Below are positions 58,513-64,000 of a stretch of DNA of 64,000 bases, in pieces. The DNA lies in assembly GCA_043756275.1 (NCBI GenBank), contig JAYURJ010000227.1, forward strand, positions 208 through 64,207, written 5' to 3'. Numbering within the stretch: position 1 is the first letter of the stretch; every line of letters starts with the position of its first letter. This DNA is from Betaproteobacteria bacterium. GTDB taxonomy: Bacteria; Pseudomonadota; Gammaproteobacteria; Burkholderiales; Usitatibacteraceae. Under the pieces are notes generated by a model that did not search any database, had not been told where the DNA came from, and saw only the letters and a list, made by a program, of their open reading frames with translations. A program made the position numbers and the translations under genes.

Positions 58513-60048
58513 CTAGTGGTTGTACGCCGTCTCGCCGTGCGAGGTGATATCGAGACCCTCGCGTTCCTCGTCTTCCGGAACTCTGAGTCCAACCACTATT
58601 TTGACGATGAAAAGAGACACTGCAGCGACCACGCCAGACCAGACGACGGCGATGCCGACTGCCTTGGCCTGAATCAGCAACTGCTCACCAATCGAGGTAA
58701 AGCCCGTTGTCGCTTTGACCCAGTCGGTGACAAAGCCAGGACCACCCAGATCTGGCGACACAAAAACGCCGGTAAGCAACGCACCCAAAATGCCGCCCAC
58801 CGCGTGCACGCCGAAGACATCAAGCGAATCGTCAACTTTGAGCATGCGCTTAAGCCCCGTTACACCCCACAGGCAAACTGCACCTGCCGCGATACCGATC
58901 ACAAACGCGCCGGGAATGCCGACGTTGCCCGCAGCCGGGGTAATTGCCACCAGACCTGCCACCGCACCGGATGCAGCACCGAGCATGGAGGGTTTACCTT
59001 TGAGGAGCCACTCAGCGAACGTCCAGGACAACACCGCGCAGGCAGTCGCCAGAAACGTATTCATGAACGCGAGAACCGCAGAATTGCCCGCCTCAAGTGC
59101 CGAGCCCGCATTAAAGCCGAACCAGCCAAACCACAATAACGCCGCGCCGATCATAGTCATCGTTAAGCTATGTGGTGTCAGCGCCTCTTTGCCAAAGCCG
59201 ATACGCTTGCCGAGGAAGTAAGCAGCGACCAAACCGGCGACACCCGCGTTGATGTGCACGACAGTGCCGCCTGCGAAATCAAGCGCACCCATCTGCCAGA
59301 GATACCCGGCCTTTGCGTTCAACCCATCAACCAATTTTGGATCAGTGTACGCATCAGGGCCCATCCAGAACCACACCATGTGCGCCATTGGCAGGTATGC
59401 AAACGTGAACCACAACACCATGAATAGCAGTACAGCGGAAAACTTCATGCGCTCGGCAACTGAACCCAGAATCAGGCAACAGGTAATGGCCGCAAACGTG
59501 CACTGGAACGCAGCAAACAGCATTTCAGGAATGACAACACCTTTGCTGAAGGTGGCGGCCATGGCAAATTCTCCTTTGGCCAGATCGGCAATTCCCTTGA
59601 GAAAGAGTCGATCAGTGCCGCCCAAGAACGCATTGCCCTCGGTGAATGCAAAGCTGTAGCCGTAGACGACCCAGAGCACTGAAATCAGCGAGAAGGTCAC
59701 GAACACCTGCATCAACACGGACAGCATGTTCTTCGAGCGTACGAGGCCGCCGTAGAAAAGCGCCAGCGCGGGAACACTCATCAGCAGCACCAGTGCTGTG
59801 CAAACCAGCATCCACGCCACATCGCCCTTGTTCGGCACCGGTGCAGCAGGTGCTGCGGTGGCGGGAGCAGCTGCGGCGGGCACTGCAGCCGCAAGGGCCG
59901 GAGTAGCAGCTACCGGTGCGGCGGCGGATGCCGTTGCCGGTGTCGCGGCTGCCGCTGGTGCCGGTTCAGTTTTTTTGTCTTGCGCTTGCACAGCGCCGGT
60001 CAGCAGCAGGCTGCTGATGAACGCAAGTGAGATAAATAGTCGTTTCAT
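58513..60048 (-). CDS. amtB: ammonium transporter (Amt family) with a signal peptide and an Ala/Pro-rich N-terminal linker
   Basis: 511 aa with an 11-TM Amt core (DFAGGTVVHINAG, FGVHAVGGILG). It is located directly downstream of glnK. Confidence 0.92.
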   Translation of the reverse strand: MKRLFISLAFISSLLLTGAVQAQDKKTEPAPAAAATPATASAAAPVAATPALAAAVPAAAAPATAAPAAPVPNKGDVAWMLVCTALVLLMSVPALALFYGGLVRSKNMLSVLMQVFVTFSLISVLWVVYGYSFAFTEGNAFLGGTDRLFLKGIADLAKGEFAMAATFSKGVVIPEMLFAAFQCTFAAITCCLILGSVAERMKFSAVLLFMVLWFTFAYLPMAHMVWFWMGPDAYTDPKLVDGLNAKAGYLWQMGALDFAGGTVVHINAGVAGLVAAYFLGKRIGFGKEALTPHSLTMTMIGAALLWFGWFGFNAGSALEAGNSAVLAFMNTFLATACAVLSWTFAEWLLKGKPSMLGAASGAVAGLVAITPAAGNVGIPGAFVIGIAAGAVCLWGVTGLKRMLKVDDSLDVFGVHAVGGILGALLTGVFVSPDLGGPGFVTDWVKATTGFTSIGEQLLIQAKAVGIAVVWSGVVAAVSLFIVKIVVGLRVPEDEEREGLDITSHGETAYNH

Positions 60049-60065
60049 TTTTTTGGCTCCCTGGC

Positions 60066-60473
<408 letters not shown>

Positions 60474-61265
60474 TTAGAACGATTTGGAAACGAACGCGAC
60501 CAGGCGTGCCCTGCCCAAGTCTTTACCGTTGACGGTATAAAAAGCTTCTTTGGCATTGGTGTTTTTGACGTAACCACCCGCCGCCCAGCCGTCGCCCAAA
60601 TCGTAGGTCGCGCCGAGTTTGTAAACGGTGTAGCTGAAGTCGCCGTTGTTCTTGACGCTCTGGCGGGCGATCTGGGCATTTGCAGTCAGCTTTGGAAAAA
60701 CCTCCTGCGCCCAATTGATTTCGGCAAAACCGGAGCCTTTGCTATTGACGAAACCGAACAGATTGCTTATCGAGTGTGAGTATTTGGCGCTGAATGCACC
60801 GGAGGCGACACCAACATAAATTTCATCCGTGTTCGGCGATGGATTAAAGGCTTTACTTGAAGGATATTCATAGCGCAAGTAACCGACATCGACGGTGACA
60901 TCTTTAACGATCTCGAATTTGTAGCCGCCAAAAATATCTACTTCAATGTTTGCGTTGGTCGAGAAACCACCGGCCTTGGCCGCTTCTTTTAACCATTTGA
61001 TGTTGGTGACGAATGCGCCCAGATAGAATCCGTTCGAATGTGAATAATCCAGATTGAATTGGAGGGCTGGTTTTTCGGCCGTCTGCGCAATGCCGCGATA
61101 TTCGTATTCCGAATACAGTGAGATTTTCGGCACGAGCGTGTGTTCAGGTGTCTCAGGCGCGGCAGCAGCAGGGGCAGCCTGTGCGAATACTTGCGTCGCG
61201 CCAAACGACACAGACAGCAATCCAGCCAACGTTGCGGGAACCAACTGCCTAACGATTTTTTTCAT
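60474..61265 (-). CDS. TorF family putative outer-membrane porin (Gcw_chp type)
   Basis: 263 aa with a signal peptide and alternating beta-strand pattern. The motif GIAQTAEKPALQFNLDY and the C-terminal aromatic residue (SKSF) support the call. This family typically precedes glnK-amtB in betaproteobacteria. Confidence 0.7.
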   Translation of the reverse strand: MKKIVRQLVPATLAGLLSVSFGATQVFAQAAPAAAAPETPEHTLVPKISLYSEYEYRGIAQTAEKPALQFNLDYSHSNGFYLGAFVTNIKWLKEAAKAGGFSTNANIEVDIFGGYKFEIVKDVTVDVGYLRYEYPSSKAFNPSPNTDEIYVGVASGAFSAKYSHSISNLFGFVNSKGSGFAEINWAQEVFPKLTANAQIARQSVKNNGDFSYTVYKLGATYDLGDGWAAGGYVKNTNAKEAFYTVNGKDLGRARLVAFVSKSF

Positions 61266-61312
61266 TGCAGGACCTCTGAGGTAGTGATGGAAAATTGCTT
61301 CAGGGTCTTATT

Positions 61313-61328
61313 AGCAGGTTGCATGCCA
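61313..61328 (-). promoter_or_regulatory. sigma-54 (-24/-12) promoter for porin-glnK-amtB
   Basis: The minus strand reads TGGCATGCAACCTGCT, which has correct GG-N10-GC spacing against the consensus TGGCAC-N5-TTGC. The -12 element lies about 50 nt upstream of ATG 61265. Confidence 0.6.
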
Positions 61329-61388
61329 TTCTTGTGACAGGCATAACCCACTGATTTGTCGGTTGATTGCTGCGACGAAACAATGGCA

Positions 61389-61405
61389 CGCACCAAAATA
61401 ATGCA
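61389..61405. promoter_or_regulatory. NtrC-like enhancer site 1
   Basis: cGCACCAaaaTaaTGCA matches the remembered consensus TGCACCA-N3-TGGTGCA at 11 of 14 specified positions. Confidence 0.45.
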
Positions 61406-61419
61406 CGGCTTTAGCGCCG

Positions 61420-61436
61420 CGCACCACCCTGACGCA
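61420..61436. promoter_or_regulatory. NtrC-like enhancer site 2
   Basis: cGCACCAcccTGacGCA matches 11 of 14 specified positions. Its centre is 31 bp (three helical turns) from site 1 and about 100 bp upstream of the sigma-54 promoter. Confidence 0.45.
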
Positions 61437-61581
61437 CTCCATCCAGAGATGTGATGGAAGCGGCTCGGTTAGAATGTGTAATCAAAACGCGATTCGCGTT
61501 ACCCGCTACCCATTGCCCAACCCGCCGATCCCTGTGACTAAAGAATTTTCCGCGCAAGACGCGTCCTCCCCTGCACTAGAC

Positions 61582-61824
61582 GTGCTCAGCAAGTTCGCGG
61601 CCAAGCTCGATTCGATGATCAAAAATTCTCCGGTCAGCGAAATGGAGAAAAACGCGCGCCAGCATTTCATCTCACAACTCGCCAAACAAGGTTTGGTGAC
61701 CCGTGAAGAATATGAGACGCAGGTGGCCTTGCTTGCGCGGGCGGGCGCGAAACTGAAAGAGCTGGAAAGCAAAATCGCACTTCTGGAGCAAGTGCGGCAT
61801 AACGAAGCTGATCGGCTTAAATAA
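61582..61824 (+). CDS. ubiK: UbiK (YqiC/BMFP) family accessory factor; start uncertain
   Basis: The core KFAAKLDSMIKNSPVSEMEKNARQ...GLVTREEYETQVALLARAGAKLKELE resembles the UbiK family. GTG 61582 gives the usual ~80 aa. In-frame alternatives are GTG 61534 and ATG 61474 (the track ORF). No candidate has a clear RBS. Confidence 0.6.
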   Translation: MLSKFAAKLDSMIKNSPVSEMEKNARQHFISQLAKQGLVTREEYETQVALLARAGAKLKELESKIALLEQVRHNEADRLK

Positions 61825-63333
61825 ATGTCCCTCGCAGTACTTTATTCCCGCGCGCTCACCGGCATGGAAGCGCCGCTGGTCACGGTGGAAGTGCATTTAG
61901 CCAATGGCTTGCCAAATTTCACCATCGTTGGGTTGCCCGAAGCAGAGGTAAAGGAAAGCAAGGATCGTGTCCGCGCGGCGTTGCTCAATGCCCGTTTTGA
62001 ATTCCCGGCGCGCCGCATCACCGTCAATCTGGCACCAGCCGATCTACCCAAGGAAAGCGGTCGTTTTGATTTGCCGATTGCCATCGGTATTTTGGTGGCC
62101 AGCGGACAGATTCCAGGCGAAAAACTAAAGCACTACGAGTTCGCGGGTGAGCTCGCGCTGACCGGCGATCTGCGACCCATTCGCGGCGCACTCGCGATGA
62201 CGTTCAAGGCGCACGGCGATGGACGCGCATTTATTTTGCCTGTGACGTCGGCCAGTGAAGCGGCACTCGTTACCGACGCAACAGTGCTCGGTGCGAAGAG
62301 CCTGCTACAAGTCTGCGCACACCTCGCCGGGGCCGACACGATTGCGCCTTACGTTCCCGTTGTTGAGTTGGGTTCAAACGCCGGACACTATCCCGACATG
62401 GCGGAAGTTAAGGGCCAAGCGCATGCCAAGCGTGCGCTGGAAATTGCCGCCGCAGGCCGACACAGTGTGTTGATGATCGGCCCGCCGGGCACGGGAAAAA
62501 CCATGCTGGCCTCGCGGTTTGCCGGTATCTTGCCCGAGATGACGGACGCCGAGGCGCTTGAGGCCGCCGCCGTGCAAAGCCTCGCCAGCGGCGGCTTCAA
62601 GGTGTCGCAATGGAAGCGACGCAACTTTCGTTCACCGCACCATACCGCGAGCGGCGTGGCCTTGGTCGGTGGAGGCAGCAATCCGAAGCCGGGTGAAATC
62701 TCGCTCGCGCATCAAGGCGTTTTGTTTCTCGATGAGTTGCCCGAATTTGATCGCAGCGTTCTTGAGGTATTGCGTGAGCCGTTGGAATCGGGGCGCATCA
62801 CGATTTCCCGCGCGGCAAGGCAGGCGGATTTTCCTGCCGAGTTTCAGTTGATCGCAGCGATGAATCCCTGCCCCTGTGGCTACCTAGGCCACTACATGAA
62901 TAAATGTCGCTGCACGCCCGATCAGGTGGCACGTTATCGCAACAAGATTTCCGGCCCGCTGTTGGATCGAATTGATCTGCAGATTGAAGTACCCGCGCTG
63001 CCGCATCTGGAGCTGGTCAAGGCGGGCAATGGCGAAGCGAGCGACGTCATTCGGCGGCGCGTAAATGCAGCATATGCCGCGCAGCTTCTCCGCCAGGGCA
63101 AACCCAACGCGAAACTTTCACCCAAAGATATCGACGTGCAATGCAAACCCAATGAAGCCAGCGAAGCGCTGCTGAAAACGGCGATTCAGCGCATGGGCTT
63201 GTCGGCGCGCGCATACCACCGCGTGCTTAAAGTGGCGCGCACCATTGCAGACTTGGCGGGGGCCGCTGAAATCGCCACGCCACACATTGCCGAAGCGATC
63301 CAGTATCGCAAGATGGATAAGGGACAGGCATAG
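61825..63333 (+). CDS. YifB/ComM family Mg-chelatase-like AAA+ ATPase
   Basis: 502 aa with an N-terminal Lon-protease-like domain, the Walker A motif GPPGTGKT, and the Zn-ribbon-like segment NPCPCGY...CRC. Confidence 0.92.
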   Translation: MSLAVLYSRALTGMEAPLVTVEVHLANGLPNFTIVGLPEAEVKESKDRVRAALLNARFEFPARRITVNLAPADLPKESGRFDLPIAIGILVASGQIPGEKLKHYEFAGELALTGDLRPIRGALAMTFKAHGDGRAFILPVTSASEAALVTDATVLGAKSLLQVCAHLAGADTIAPYVPVVELGSNAGHYPDMAEVKGQAHAKRALEIAAAGRHSVLMIGPPGTGKTMLASRFAGILPEMTDAEALEAAAVQSLASGGFKVSQWKRRNFRSPHHTASGVALVGGGSNPKPGEISLAHQGVLFLDELPEFDRSVLEVLREPLESGRITISRAARQADFPAEFQLIAAMNPCPCGYLGHYMNKCRCTPDQVARYRNKISGPLLDRIDLQIEVPALPHLELVKAGNGEASDVIRRRVNAAYAAQLLRQGKPNAKLSPKDIDVQCKPNEASEALLKTAIQRMGLSARAYHRVLKVARTIADLAGAAEIATPHIAEAIQYRKMDKGQA

Positions 63334-63353
63334 GAACGACCCTGTTTTATTAA

Positions 63354-63423
63354 TCAAACTCTAGCACTGGCGGGCTTCTCAGGTTAAAAGTACCTGAAAA
63401 ACCGCACCAACGCTAGAGTTTGA
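63354..63423 (+). repeat. copy A (best preserved) of the ~65-bp intergenic repeat family
   Basis: A perfect 12-bp terminal inverted repeat, TCAAACTCTAGC (63354-63365) and GCTAGAGTTTGA (63412-63423), encloses an inner CAGGT/ACCTG stem. Confidence 0.8.
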
Positions 63424-63431
63424 TAAAAAAT

Positions 63432-64000
63432 ATGAAAACCGATCACGCCCATCATCAAACGCCGCGCTGGCTGCTTGCGCTATTGCTGGCAGCCCTAGCC
63501 ACGATCGGCCCTTTTGCCGTGGATACTTACATGCCCGCATTCGGCGGTATGGCGCAGGATCTGCACGCCACCACCTTGGAAATGCAGCAGACACTATCGG
63601 TGTATCTGGGCGCCTTCGCGTTCATGTTTTTATTTCACGGCGCACTTTCGGATAGCTATGGCAGAAAGCCCGTCATCCTCTGGGGCCTGACAATTTTTGC
63701 CATCGCCTCGGTGGGCTGTGCGCTGTCGCAAAATATCGGGCAATTAATTTTGTTCCGCGCGTTGCAGGGGGCCTCCGTTGGCGCTGGCATGGTGGTCGGC
63801 CGCGCGATGATCCGCGATCTGTTCGATGACACCGAGGCGCAGAAGTTGATGTCGATGGTGACGCTGTGGTTCGGTTTGGCACCCGCTGTGGCACCGATTG
63901 TGGGCGGGCATTTGTACATCTGGTTTGGCTGGCAGTCGATTTTCTGGTTTATGGCGATCTTCACGCTGATCCTGATCGTGATGAGCCACTACGGATTTCA
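63432..64000 (+). CDS. MFS transporter, Bcr/CflA drug-resistance subfamily; 3' end lies beyond the window
   Basis: Missing from the ORF track because no stop lies in the window. My translation reads MKTDHAHHQTPRWLLALLLAALATIGPFAVDTYMPAF...LSDSYGRKPV...LFRALQGASVGAGMVVGRAMIRD, which are typical Bcr/CflA motifs. Confidence 0.85.
   Translation, partial: MKTDHAHHQTPRWLLALLLAALATIGPFAVDTYMPAFGGMAQDLHATTLEMQQTLSVYLGAFAFMFLFHGALSDSYGRKPVILWGLTIFAIASVGCALSQNIGQLILFRALQGASVGAGMVVGRAMIRDLFDDTEAQKLMSMVTLWFGLAPAVAPIVGGHLYIWFGWQSIFWFMAIFTLILIVMSHYGF

Overview
This 64-kb window reads like the core chromosome of a betaproteobacterium, probably Burkholderiales or Oxalobacteraceae-like. That placement is an inference from gene content and synteny: betaproteobacterial-type gshA-gshB, argS-SPOR-dsbA, xseB-ispA-dxs, hemC-hemD-hemX-hemY, gap-pgk-pyk, and TorF-type porin-glnK-amtB. 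I call 54 protein-coding features, including one pseudogene; two run off the window edges and are therefore missing from the ORF track. I saw no tRNA, rRNA, CRISPR array, transposase, integrase or phage genes. Product names rest on motifs I can read in the translations and on remembered family signatures, since no database search was possible. I moved many starts inward from the track's longest ORF, which also uses TTG and GTG starts. I did not find a convincing multi-gene novel system such as a defence island. The observations most worth a second look are these. (1) A 60-70-bp intergenic repeat family has seven hand-aligned copies, all in the same orientation and all just past stop codons. 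(2) A 704-bp intergenic repeat nest holds two MITE-like palindromic modules. (3) A minus-strand block runs BNR/Asp-box lipoprotein with an internally duplicated C-terminal domain, then HIT protein, then a 537-aa orphan, and sits next to a RocS/RocR-like hybrid kinase plus REC-EAL pair. (4) Two candidate gene-inactivating lesions: an in-frame TGA at a probable Trp codon, and an A6 tract that puts the best ATG and RBS of a DUF302 gene out of frame. (5) A well-formed sigma-54 promoter with two NtrC-like sites lies upstream of the porin-glnK-amtB operon. (6) A small, visibly AT-richer islet between hemY and pyk carries a secreted trypsin-like protease and decayed genes.
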